This document shows, piece by piece, positions 1-10,160 of a stretch of DNA of 36,636 nt. The stretch spans positions 1-36,636 of the forward strand of contig BTVJ01000071.1 in assembly GCA_045863395.1 (NCBI GenBank), read 5' to 3'. The notes under the pieces are model-generated. The model worked only from the letters and a program-made list of their open reading frames with translations. It did no database searches and was not told where the DNA came from. The position numbers were made by a program, and so were the translations under genes. The DNA is from Myxococcales bacterium. GTDB lineage: Bacteria; Myxococcota_A; UBA9042; JABWCM01; BTVJ01. Within the stretch, counting starts at the first letter, position 1, and each line of letters starts with the position of its first letter.

Positions 1-1
1 A

Positions 2-418
<417 letters not shown>

Positions 419-421
419 TCA

Positions 422-450
422 CTACTACCGGAGAATCCGCCCGCACGCAA
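422..450 (-). promoter_or_regulatory. Putative sigma70 promoter for alaS
   Basis: Minus strand TTGCGT (450-445), 17 nt, TAGTAG (427-422), about 110 nt upstream of the alaS ATG. Confidence 0.4.
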
Positions 451-501
451 CGCGAAGTCTCGGCCAAGGTCTCCCGCGCGGACGGAGCGAGGCGGCGCCA
501 G

Positions 502-1539
<1,038 letters not shown>

Positions 1540-1577
1540 TCGCTGAGCTCTCCCTGGTTGGTTTTGCAGTCGGCACA

Positions 1578-1605
1578 TCTGAACAGATGTTCAAATCTCT
1601 GTCAA
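1578..1605 (-). promoter_or_regulatory. recA promoter -35 (TTGACA) with adjacent LexA/SOS box
   Basis: Minus-strand TTGACA at 1605-1600. Palindrome GAAC-AGAT-GTTC at 1581-1592 (minus strand TTGAACATCTGTTCAGA) lies where the -35/-10 spacer would be. Confidence 0.75.
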
Positions 1606-1621
1606 CGGCCAAGCGCGACGA

Positions 1622-2311
1622 CTAGCCCTCATCCTCACCGCGGACCGCTTCAAGCTGGCGGCGCGCCCGGTCGTCGAGAGCTGGGCTGCGCTCGGCGCGG
1701 TGGGGCGCGGGGGCGGCGAACCGCTCGACGGCCATCGGATCAGGCATGCGCAGCGGGGCGTGCCGGCTGACGCGGAACGACGCTCCCCCGCCCGCGTCGC
1801 GCACGAACAAGCCGACGTGGGGGACGTGGAGGACGCCAAAGCCCTCCTCGGAGAGGGTGTCCAGGGCGGAGCGCACCAGGGCGGGCAGCTCAACCGGTGG
1901 AAACAGGGCTACCGCGATGTGGGGAGGGCAGGCAGGGGGAGGCTCCTCGAAGCCCAACGAGGCCACGGCCTCCGTGACCCTCTGCTGCAGCTCGGCCAGG
2001 CGGCCTGTGGGGTCGATCAGCCCCGCCCAGAGCGCCGTCGACGCCCGAGGGTCCGGGCCCAGACCCAGGCCACGGACCCCGAGATCAAACGGGGCGAGGC
2101 CCTCGGCGCGCTCCATGATCGCGTCAGCCACCGCCTCCAGGACCTCCTCGTCGACTCCCGGCAGCCTGTGTAGGAGCACGTGCAGGTCGAGGGGCGAGAC
2201 CCAGCGCACTCCAGGCACGCGATCTCCGAGCGCCGGGGCGATGTTGCGGACCGCCACGAGGAGGGCGTTCGCGATGTCGACGGACACCTCGATCCCCACG
2301 AAGGCGTCCAC
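1622..2311 (-). CDS. thpR: RNA 2',3'-cyclic phosphodiesterase (2H phosphoesterase, LigT-like), degenerate HxT motifs
   Basis: From GTG at 2311: (M)DAFVGIEV..., VRWVSPLDLHVLL, ...LWAGL..., PPHIAVA. Conserved cinA-thpR-recA synteny. The ORF-track start at 2686 overlaps cinA and is rejected. Confidence 0.8.
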   Translation of the reverse strand: MDAFVGIEVSVDIANALLVAVRNIAPALGDRVPGVRWVSPLDLHVLLHRLPGVDEEVLEAVADAIMERAEGLAPFDLGVRGLGLGPDPRASTALWAGLIDPTGRLAELQQRVTEAVASLGFEEPPPACPPHIAVALFPPVELPALVRSALDTLSEEGFGVLHVPHVGLFVRDAGGGASFRVSRHAPLRMPDPMAVERFAAPAPHRAERSPALDDRARRQLEAVRGEDEG

Positions 2312-2342
2312 CCGCCGGGCAACCGCCCCAGCCCTCTGGGTC

Positions 2343-3566
2343 TCAGATCCGCTCAAGGGACCTCCGGACCATGTCGAGGGCGGTCCACGCCGCCAGGGTC
2401 TGCACCCAGCTCCGGTCTCCGGGGAACCGGCGCGCCAGGTGCACGACGGGCTCATCTCCGACGGAGAGGGCGAGGTGGACGGAGCCGACGGGCTTGGCAG
2501 GGGTCGCGCCTCCCGGACCGGCGATGCCCGTGATCGCCAGGCCGACGGCGGCTCCCGACACCGCCCGAACTCCGGCGACCATCTCCCGCGCCACCGCCTC
2601 GCTGACCGCGCCGTGCTCGGCCAGCGTCGCCGCGCGCACGCCGAGGATGGCCACCTTCGCGGCGTTGGCGTAGGTGACCGCGCCAAGCAGGAAGGTGTCG
2701 CTGCTCCCTGGCACCCGCGTGACGAGATGCGACAGGAGACCGCCAGTGCACGACTCGGCCACGGCGAGGGTCAGACCGCGCCTGCGCAGCAACTCACCGA
2801 CCACCGCGGCGAGGGTCGCGTCTCCCTCCCCATAGACGTGCGGACCAAGCCGCTGACGGATGGCTGCGACGGCATGCTCCAGCGCCTCCCCCGGCGCCTC
2901 TGGCCCCCGCACGACCGGCGTGACCAGGATCTCGGGGAACGAGGCTCGGTACTGGATGAAGACGCCGGGGAGGGGCACCTCCTGGAGGGCAGCGCCGACG
3001 GCGCTCTCCGTCATGCCGAAGGTGCGCAGGGTGCGCCAGCGGACCTCGCTCGATGATGGCGCCAGCCGCGGCATGATCTGCGTCTCCGCGATGTGCAACA
3101 GCTCGTGCGGGACACCGGGCAGGCACACGACCGTAGCGCTGCCTCGGGTCAGCAGGAAGGCCGGCGCGGTCCCTACAGGGTTGGGGAGGATCTCCGCAGA
3201 ATCTGGAAAATATGCCTGCTTTTCGTTATTTGCGACAAATGGAAGTCCGCGATCGGCGAATCGCTGCTTGATCCTGTCCAGCGACGGCTGATGCAGCACC
3301 AGGGGTACGCCCATCCACCGGGCGACGGCCTCGGTGGTCAGATCGTCGGTGGTCGGCCCGAGGCCACCCGACACCAGCACGAGGTCGGAGCGCCCCGTGG
3401 CGAGGGCGATGGCCTCGACGATGGCGTCGACCTCGTCCGGGACGGTCTGGCGCCGATGGACACGCACCCCTCGCAGCACGAGCATCTGAGACAGGCGCGC
3501 CGCGTTGGTGTCCACGACGTCGCCGGCCAGCAGCTCGTTGCCGATGCTCACGACCTCGACCTTCAT
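2343..3566 (-). CDS. cinA: Competence/damage-inducible protein A (MoCF-biosynthesis-like domain + NMN deamidase domain)
   Basis: IGNELLAGDVVDTNA, SGGLGPTTDDLT, LPGVPHEL, AVAESCTGG, HGAVSEAVAREM, ITGIAGPGG. Confidence 0.97.
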   Translation of the reverse strand: MKVEVVSIGNELLAGDVVDTNAARLSQMLVLRGVRVHRRQTVPDEVDAIVEAIALATGRSDLVLVSGGLGPTTDDLTTEAVARWMGVPLVLHQPSLDRIKQRFADRGLPFVANNEKQAYFPDSAEILPNPVGTAPAFLLTRGSATVVCLPGVPHELLHIAETQIMPRLAPSSSEVRWRTLRTFGMTESAVGAALQEVPLPGVFIQYRASFPEILVTPVVRGPEAPGEALEHAVAAIRQRLGPHVYGEGDATLAAVVGELLRRRGLTLAVAESCTGGLLSHLVTRVPGSSDTFLLGAVTYANAAKVAILGVRAATLAEHGAVSEAVAREMVAGVRAVSGAAVGLAITGIAGPGGATPAKPVGSVHLALSVGDEPVVHLARRFPGDRSWVQTLAAWTALDMVRRSLERI

Positions 3567-3573
3567 GGGACCT

Positions 3574-4335
3574 TCACTTGCGGGTCTTCTTGGGGGCCTT
3601 GGCGCGGATCTCCTCCAGCGCCTCCTTCAGCCCCTCTGGCGCCTCGGTGATCGTGAGGCTGAAGCGCTGGCGGATCTCGGTAGGGTTGCGCCCCTCGCGA
3701 AGGTAGCGCTCCTCCATGGCGGCGACATCGACGTCGTCGTCGAGCACCTCCATGGACTCCAGGTCCGCCGCAGCCATGAACCACGCAGTCTCGCTGAAGT
3801 GCTTGCTCTGCGCGGGGGTGTCTCCGGGCAGCTCTGCGGTGTCCGCCTGGTGGATGGCTGGCACGGCGGGCATCGCCGTGACGGTGGGTGTCACATCGGG
3901 AGACGCCTCCGCCGCCGTCACGGCCGGCGCGGCCGCGCGCTTCGAGGTCCGGGTGAGCTTCCCCGGAGCCGGGGCGGTGGTGGCGGGCGGGACCGACACG
4001 CTCGCAGAGGCGGAGGGCCCCGCCAGGGGTGACGCCGTGATCATCGTCGGCGCGTCCGGACCCGCGGCCGCGGCGTGCCTGGGCGAGCCCGAGGGCTCCG
4101 CTCCGGGGGCGGGCGTGACCGGCGCCACCGGAAGGACCGGGTCTCGGGGGAGCGCTTGCCGCGTCGCCTCCTGAACCACCCGGGTCGCCTGCCCGACGGG
4201 GCGAGCCGAGGCGCGTGGGGCGGCCGCGCGGCTGCGCGGAGGTGGCGCCTTCTCCGCATGCAGGATCGCGCCATCCATCGGGCAGAAGTTGGCCTGATCC
4301 GGCCACTCGCGCTGGCAGTTGGGGCACGTTCGCAT
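3574..4335 (-). CDS. Hypothetical protein: N-terminal Zn-ribbon, Pro/Ala/Thr-rich linker, acidic C-terminal domain
   Basis: ATG at 4335 after an AGGAGGA RBS. MRTCPNCQREWPDQANFCPMDG (CxxC...FCPxDG ribbon typical of myxobacterial proteins). Fits exactly between yitJ and cinA. Confidence 0.8.
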   Translation of the reverse strand: MRTCPNCQREWPDQANFCPMDGAILHAEKAPPPRSRAAAPRASARPVGQATRVVQEATRQALPRDPVLPVAPVTPAPGAEPSGSPRHAAAAGPDAPTMITASPLAGPSASASVSVPPATTAPAPGKLTRTSKRAAAPAVTAAEASPDVTPTVTAMPAVPAIHQADTAELPGDTPAQSKHFSETAWFMAAADLESMEVLDDDVDVAAMEERYLREGRNPTEIRQRFSLTITEAPEGLKEALEEIRAKAPKKTRK

Positions 4336-4361
4336 GGGCGTCCTCCTGGGCGCGGAACCTA

Positions 4362-6212
4362 CTACAACACCTGACAGACGTCGATGGCCATCTCGAAGCG
4401 GTTGAACGGGGGCATCAGATACGCCCCCTGCACCAACTGCCGGGCCTCCAGCAGGAACTCCCGGGCGATGCGCACACCCTCCAGAGGCCCATGGGCAGCG
4501 CCGTGCATGCGCGCGCGGATGCCTTCGGGGACCATCATGCCTGGGACCTCGTTGTGGATGAACTCGGCGTGCCGGGCGTTGCGCAGCGGAAGGATCCCCA
4601 CGAGCGTCGGGATCGGCGGCTCCACCGCCGTCATCCACCGCTCCAGCACGCGGATGTCATAGATGGGCTGGGTCATTGTGAACTGGGCGCCCACCTCCAG
4701 CTTGCGCTGGAAGCGCTCGCGCTCCAGCCCCAGATCCACCGCGGTGGGGTTGGAGGCGACGCCCACGAAGAACGAGGTGTTGTAGTCGATCTTCTTGCCG
4801 GCCAGGTCCACGCCGGAGTTGAGCCGCTGGATGAGCGTGACCAGCCCGATGGAGTCCAGGTCGAAGACCCCAGTCGCGTCCGGGTAGTCTCCAAGGACGG
4901 GCGGGTCCCCCGTCACGGCGAGCACGTTGCGGATGCCCAGGGCGTACATGCTCATGGACTCCGACTGGAGGCCCAAGAGGTTGCGGTCGCGGCACGAGAG
5001 GTGGAGCACCAGCTCCATGTCCACCGCCTGCCTGATGAGGACACCGAGGGCCAGCGGGCTCATCCGCGCCCGAGCCATGGGGCTGTCCGCAATGTTGATG
5101 GCGTCGATGCCGTTCGCCTTGCAGAGCTCGGCGCCCTTGATCAGCGCACCGGGATCCACGCCGCGCGGAGGGTCGAGCTCCACGCTCACGACGAAGTGGC
5201 CGTCTTGGAGCTTCGCGCGGAGGGACGACGCGATGGGGCGCCCCGGCTCAGGCGTCACCACGTGCCCGGTGTCCGCCTCCCGCACCGCCGCCAGCACTCG
5301 GCTGCCCTGGGTCGGGTCCGCAGCCACGACGCCCGCCACCCGCTCCCGGATGGCCGCCACGTGCTCGGGCCCCGTGCCGCAGCATCCGCCGACCATCCGC
5401 ACCCCCGCCTGCGCGAAGTCGCGGGCGTAGCCACCCATGTACTCGGGCGAAGACAGGTACAGGTAGCGTCCACCCACCAGCTCGGGCATACCCGCGTTCG
5501 GCTGAACGCAGATGCGCACCCCGGGGACGTGCAGCATGCGCTCCACCACCTCGACGAGGGGGCGCGGGCCGACGGAGCAGTTGGCGCCGACCACGTCGGC
5601 GCCGAACTGCATCAGAGCGCGGGCGACCTCCTCCGGCTTGTTGCCGTACAGCGTCTTCCCTTCGTCCGTGAACGTCATCAGGGCGACGATGGCCAGATCC
5701 GCCGTCACCTGGCGGACGGCCTCCAGGGCGATGACCATCTCCGCTTGATCGGTGAACGTCTCCAGGATGAGCAGGTCCACCCCGGCGCTCACGAGCGACG
5801 TGGCCTGCTCGTGGAACGCGGCGTGCGCCTGCTCCCGGGTCACGCGGCCAATTGGGGCCAAGGGGCGGCCCAGCGGACCAACGGAGCCCGCCACGAGGAC
5901 CGGGCGCCCACAGGCGGCAACGGCCGACCGCGCGATGGCGACGCCGGCGCGGTTGAGCTCGTCGACCCGCCCCTCGAGACCCCACTGGGCAAGCCGTATC
6001 CGGTTGCCAGCAAAGGTATTGGTCTCGATCACGTCCGCGCCTGCGGCCAGGTACTCGTCGTGGACCTGCCGCACCAGGGCCGGCTGCGCCACGTTGATCT
6101 CGTCGAAGCACCGCTCGAAGGGGATCCCCAGGTCGTAGAGGCGGGTCCCCATGCCGCCGTCGCACACCAGGACGCGCTCGTCGAGGAGCGCCACCAGCTC
6201 TTGCCGATTCAT
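4362..6212 (-). CDS. yitJ: Bifunctional homocysteine S-methyltransferase / methylenetetrahydrofolate reductase (YitJ-like)
   Basis: HMT domain DGGMGT, AGADVIETNTF, GANCSVGP, PNAGMP, GGCCGTGPEH. MTHFR domain VSVELDPPRG, NIADSPMARARMS, HLSCRDRN, AVTGDPP, TQPIYD, HNEVPGM, YLMPPF. Confidence 0.95.
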   Translation of the reverse strand: MNRQELVALLDERVLVCDGGMGTRLYDLGIPFERCFDEINVAQPALVRQVHDEYLAAGADVIETNTFAGNRIRLAQWGLEGRVDELNRAGVAIARSAVAACGRPVLVAGSVGPLGRPLAPIGRVTREQAHAAFHEQATSLVSAGVDLLILETFTDQAEMVIALEAVRQVTADLAIVALMTFTDEGKTLYGNKPEEVARALMQFGADVVGANCSVGPRPLVEVVERMLHVPGVRICVQPNAGMPELVGGRYLYLSSPEYMGGYARDFAQAGVRMVGGCCGTGPEHVAAIRERVAGVVAADPTQGSRVLAAVREADTGHVVTPEPGRPIASSLRAKLQDGHFVVSVELDPPRGVDPGALIKGAELCKANGIDAINIADSPMARARMSPLALGVLIRQAVDMELVLHLSCRDRNLLGLQSESMSMYALGIRNVLAVTGDPPVLGDYPDATGVFDLDSIGLVTLIQRLNSGVDLAGKKIDYNTSFFVGVASNPTAVDLGLERERFQRKLEVGAQFTMTQPIYDIRVLERWMTAVEPPIPTLVGILPLRNARHAEFIHNEVPGMMVPEGIRARMHGAAHGPLEGVRIAREFLLEARQLVQGAYLMPPFNRFEMAIDVCQVL

Positions 6213-6505
6213 CCAGCTCCCTCGCGACCCACCGGGTCGCTCTCACGTGGTCCCCCTGACTGGCCGTCGCCGCGCAGGGAAGCGCGCATGGCCGCCCGGG
6301 CAGCAAGCAGCCCGGCAAGGATCCCGTCTTCGTAGTTGAAGTGGGGGTCGGAGGCAAGCGCCGGCAGGTCGTGGGGCTGGTCAGCGTCGTCGGACGTGGC
6401 GTGCGGGACGAGGCGCCGTGCGACCGCGAGGCGCTTGGACTCCTGGGCCCGTATCGCGGCGTCGAGCGTCGCCTCCAGGAGTCGGGGCAGGTCGCGCCCT
6501 CTCAC
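6209..6505 (-). CDS. Small hypothetical protein (~98 aa)
   Basis: GTG at 6505, 6 nt after the upstream stop. Protein-like core ARRLVPHATSDDADQPHDLPALASDPHFNYEDGILAGLLAARAAMRA. Its stop overlaps the yitJ start (ATGA coupling). Confidence 0.7.
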   Translation of the reverse strand: MRGRDLPRLLEATLDAAIRAQESKRLAVARRLVPHATSDDADQPHDLPALASDPHFNYEDGILAGLLAARAAMRASLRGDGQSGGPRESDPVGREGAG

Positions 6506-6510
6506 CCCGG

Positions 6511-9500
6511 TCAGGGCGCGCAGCCCTGGATCACACGGAAATCGTCCACGAAGATGCCGAGGCCCGAGTTCCCCAACCCGTCGTCGCTGTCGAAGGTGAA
6601 GCGGACACGGATCTCCTGCCCAGCCCAGTTGTCCAGAGGGACTGTCACGTGGGTCCATGTCCCATAGGCTGGCGCTTCCTCCCCAAGCTCCGACTTGGCC
6701 CACACGACCGTCTCCTGGTCATCGGCCCCGACGACCGCGATCTCGTAGCGGTCCAGCGAGGGCAGGAAGGGGGACCACGGCTCCACGTCCACCCAGGTCC
6801 ACAGGTCCAGAGTCGCGTCGGCGTCTGCCTTGAGGGTCAGCGGGCCGCTGGTGGCGAGGCCGTAGACCCGCTTGCCCGCGTCGTTGTAGCTCCCCGTAGA
6901 CGGAGCACCGAAGTACAACGCAAACTTCCCGCTGTGGGACTGGGCCGAGCCCACCTGCCACTTCACTGGCGCCGCCGCCGACCCGGTACACTCGGCCCCC
7001 GGGTCACCGCTGGCACACTGGAAAGCATCGACGGTGAAGGCGCCGAGGCTGCCCTGGACGCCCACGTCGAACGTCTCCAGCGCGGCCTCGGACGGGACAC
7101 AGCAGGCGCCCTCGTTGCTCTGCGTCGCCGCGCACTTGCCCGCGGCGCAGTACTCGATGGTGCACGGGTCACCGTCGTCCTGGCAGTCGTTGTCATTGAA
7201 GCAGGCAGGAGCCGTCCCGCAGACGACGGACAGAGACAGCTCGTCGATGAGGGCGCCGAGCCACGCATTGTCGGTCCCGTCGAAGGAGTCGAACTCGAAC
7301 TGGAGGCGCACGGTCTTGCCCTTCACCGCGGACAGGTTGACATCGACGGCCTTCCAATCGCCTGCCGTCGTCCCCTTGACCGCGGAGGAGTCCCACAGCG
7401 GCACGGAGGCTCCGTCGAGCGGGATGGCGGTCAGGGTAAGGCGATCGATGGGGAAGACGTCGAACCACGGGTTCTCATCGAACTCCGTCGAGAGCTTGAG
7501 CCAGAAGGAGAGGACGCTGGTTCCGCCGCTCGGAACTGCAATCTCGGGCGAGATCGCGACGCCCTGGACCGCGCTGCTGCCCGCCGCATACGTCAGGGTC
7601 GCAGGGTTGCCAAAGTAGAGGGCCCCGGCGCCTGCGTGGGCGGTGGACTCGCCCTGGAGGAAGGACCAGCCGACGGCCCCGTCGCCGAAGAAGGCCCACT
7701 CGCCGAAGTCGTTCTCGAAGCCGTCGATGACCGTGGACTTCGCGAAGCAACACGAGGAGACGCCGCTGTCCACGGAGCTGCAGGCGTTGGCGCTGCAGGT
7801 GTCGATGGTGCAGGGGTTGCCGTCATCGCAGTCCGCGGACGTGGCGCAGCACGCCTCGCCGGCAGCGGCCTTGGTGCACAGGCCACCGGTGCAGTCCACG
7901 ACCTCGCACTCGCTGGCCGGCGGGTCGCAGTCCGCCACGGTCTGGCAGATCTTGGCGCCGCACGTGGTCTGGACCAGGAGCTGATCGATGTGGACGCCCC
8001 CATGAGAGTTGCTCGACGAGTCGCCTGCGTCGAAGGTGAACCGCAGCTTCACGGTCTTGCCCTTGAACGCGGTCAGGTTCAGGGTCACCGGCTTGTAGAT
8101 GGGGGCGCCGGGCTTCGCGGTGGTGCCGCCGATGGCGTAGGAGTCCCAGAAGTACGGCGACGCGCTCCCAGGGGCAGCAGTGAAGGGCAGCAGCGCCCCG
8201 GTGGCTGCGTCCAGCACGTCCACGATCAGGATGTCGTAGTAGACCGGATCCTTATAGGCTGGGGGGTCGCCGGCGTTCCACTCGGTGCTCAGGTAGAGCT
8301 GGAAGGAGGCGATGGCGGCCTGGGCAGTCGCGGGGATGGCGATGGGCGCAGACGAGACCGAACCCTTCGGGGTCTTGCCAGGGTCGTCGTAGGTCCCGGT
8401 GGCGTCGTTGCCGAACCACAAGCTCCACGCGCCAGAGAACGGGTTGCTGTTGGATGTGTGCCACTTGGAGGCGCCGGTGCCCGTGGCGCTCCAGCCTCCC
8501 GGGAGCACGGCGGCCTCGAAGCCGGTCTTCGAGAGCTCCGCTGCCTTGCAGCACCCGGCGATGACGGTGTTCGTGCACGCCCCCGCCTTGCAGGCGTCCG
8601 TCGTGCAGTCGTCGCCGTCGTTGCACTCGGCGGCCGTCCCACCCGGACACATCTTGCAGGCCTTGTCGGGCTCCCAGAAGCACACTCCACCGCTCGTGTT
8701 GGACAATTTGGTGCAGCCCTGCTGGACGCAGGCCTCGGCGGACTTGCAGGCGTTGTCGTTGGTGCAGGTCTTGGCGCCGCAGCCGCTGGCGATACGTACG
8801 TTGTCGAGGTAGATGCCCTCGGGGAGCTTGCCACGCAGGAACCAGGACGGGAGGAACTCCTCGCTGCCCGCGAAGCTGAACTGGAGGCGGACGGTCTTGC
8901 CCGCCCACGCGCTCAAGTCCGCGGCGATGAACGCGAACTGTCCGTCGGTGCTCTTGAGGTAGACCGGGGTCCCGGGCCCACCGGGCTCCTCGATGATCAG
9001 CTTCTTGTTCAGCGCCGCGCTGTTCCACAGCACCGACTTGGTGACGCCGTCGTCGACGTAGACGGTGAGGGCGTCGACGAAGGTCTCGAAGCCAGGGTTG
9101 TAGCAGGTGAGCGGGCCTCCGGGCTTGCACTCGGGGAGCGTTGGGTCGTCCAGCGCCTCGGTCTCCGACCAGATGCGCCATGACAGGTGGTACACACCGC
9201 CGGCCGGGAGCACGATGTCGGGGGACTGAAGTGTGCCCGACACGACCTCGTTGTCGGCGAGCAGCTCGTCCGTCGGGACGCAGGACGCGCTGAGCGCGCC
9301 GCCGTAGTAGGTCTTGCAGGCAGCATTGCCGAAGTACCAGGACCAGCTCCCGTCGTAGGCCTTGGTGTTCGTGAGGGACCAGGTGACCGACGCCACGTTG
9401 TCCGTGTCGATGACCGTGAAGCCCTGCGCTGCGCCGCCCTCGAAGCCCGCGTCCAGGTAGCTGCCCGTGTCTTCACAGCAGGCGGGGTCGGACACATAGG

Positions 9501-10038
9501 CGCAGACCCCGCCCTTCGTCGGACAGGAGTCGGTGGTGCAGGCGTTGCCGTCGTTGCAGTCCGCCGCGGTCACGCAGCAGGTCGGGGCTGGGAGCGTCTG
9601 CTTGACGCACTTGCCATCTACACACGCAGCCTCGTCGCAGTCTCCCAGGACGCCGACCTTGCCCGCGCAGTCGGCCGCGGCCTCACACTCGGGCTTCGTG
9701 CCGGCGTCCGTGGACGTGTCCTCGGGCTCGGTGACGTCATTGCCCGCGTCGGGAGAGGGCCCCGTGTCGGTGGCGCCGTCCGGCTCGGTGGTGCCCGTGT
9801 CCTGCTCCGCGTCGTCGCCGGCATCAGGGAGGCCACCCGTGTCCGTGGACGTGTCGTCGACCCCGCTGACGTCGGCGGCGTCAGACTCGCCTGCGTCCTT
9901 GCCGGGGAGGTTACCCAGCCCCCCCGGGCCCTCGTCGTCGGCACAGGCGCCGAGCCCGAGCAGCAGAGCCAACAGGCCGGCAAGGGCCAGCGTTCTCCAG
10001 CCAGGAGAGACAGCGCGGAGTCGAAGCATCCCCGTCAT
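6511..10038 (-). CDS. Large Cys-rich lipoprotein with four repeated MAM/jelly-roll-like beta domains separated by Dictyostelium-type Cys repeats
   Basis: Signal peptide and lipobox LLGLGA-C, then an acidic D/T/G linker. Repeats CNDGNACTTDSC, CNDGDDCTTDAC, CDDGNPCTIDTC, CQDDGDPCTIEYC. Four domains with the pattern FE/FD...W...AxxGxxSLxFG...DL/NLxxxxGKTVRLxFxF...GxxIDxxxV. Start could be 10038 or 10029. Confidence 0.85.
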   Translation of the reverse strand: MTGMLRLRAVSPGWRTLALAGLLALLLGLGACADDEGPGGLGNLPGKDAGESDAADVSGVDDTSTDTGGLPDAGDDAEQDTGTTEPDGATDTGPSPDAGNDVTEPEDTSTDAGTKPECEAAADCAGKVGVLGDCDEAACVDGKCVKQTLPAPTCCVTAADCNDGNACTTDSCPTKGGVCAYVSDPACCEDTGSYLDAGFEGGAAQGFTVIDTDNVASVTWSLTNTKAYDGSWSWYFGNAACKTYYGGALSASCVPTDELLADNEVVSGTLQSPDIVLPAGGVYHLSWRIWSETEALDDPTLPECKPGGPLTCYNPGFETFVDALTVYVDDGVTKSVLWNSAALNKKLIIEEPGGPGTPVYLKSTDGQFAFIAADLSAWAGKTVRLQFSFAGSEEFLPSWFLRGKLPEGIYLDNVRIASGCGAKTCTNDNACKSAEACVQQGCTKLSNTSGGVCFWEPDKACKMCPGGTAAECNDGDDCTTDACKAGACTNTVIAGCCKAAELSKTGFEAAVLPGGWSATGTGASKWHTSNSNPFSGAWSLWFGNDATGTYDDPGKTPKGSVSSAPIAIPATAQAAIASFQLYLSTEWNAGDPPAYKDPVYYDILIVDVLDAATGALLPFTAAPGSASPYFWDSYAIGGTTAKPGAPIYKPVTLNLTAFKGKTVKLRFTFDAGDSSSNSHGGVHIDQLLVQTTCGAKICQTVADCDPPASECEVVDCTGGLCTKAAAGEACCATSADCDDGNPCTIDTCSANACSSVDSGVSSCCFAKSTVIDGFENDFGEWAFFGDGAVGWSFLQGESTAHAGAGALYFGNPATLTYAAGSSAVQGVAISPEIAVPSGGTSVLSFWLKLSTEFDENPWFDVFPIDRLTLTAIPLDGASVPLWDSSAVKGTTAGDWKAVDVNLSAVKGKTVRLQFEFDSFDGTDNAWLGALIDELSLSVVCGTAPACFNDNDCQDDGDPCTIEYCAAGKCAATQSNEGACCVPSEAALETFDVGVQGSLGAFTVDAFQCASGDPGAECTGSAAAPVKWQVGSAQSHSGKFALYFGAPSTGSYNDAGKRVYGLATSGPLTLKADADATLDLWTWVDVEPWSPFLPSLDRYEIAVVGADDQETVVWAKSELGEEAPAYGTWTHVTVPLDNWAGQEIRVRFTFDSDDGLGNSGLGIFVDDFRVIQGCAP

Positions 10039-10131
10039 GGTGCACCATTCTTGATGGAAGTTGTCCGGCGCGCCTCGTGCGACATGTGGGCCGCGCAGGG
10101 TCCGGGCAAGCTCGTTCACGCGACTGGGACA

Positions 10132-10160
10132 TTCCTAGCAAGGGGGGCGGGAAATTGCAA
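10132..10160 (-). promoter_or_regulatory. Putative sigma70 promoter for the large lipoprotein operon
   Basis: Minus strand TTGCAA (10160-10155), 17 nt ending in TGC, TAGGAA (10137-10132). Same TGC-TAG pattern as the atp and ArsA-like promoters in this window. Confidence 0.45.
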
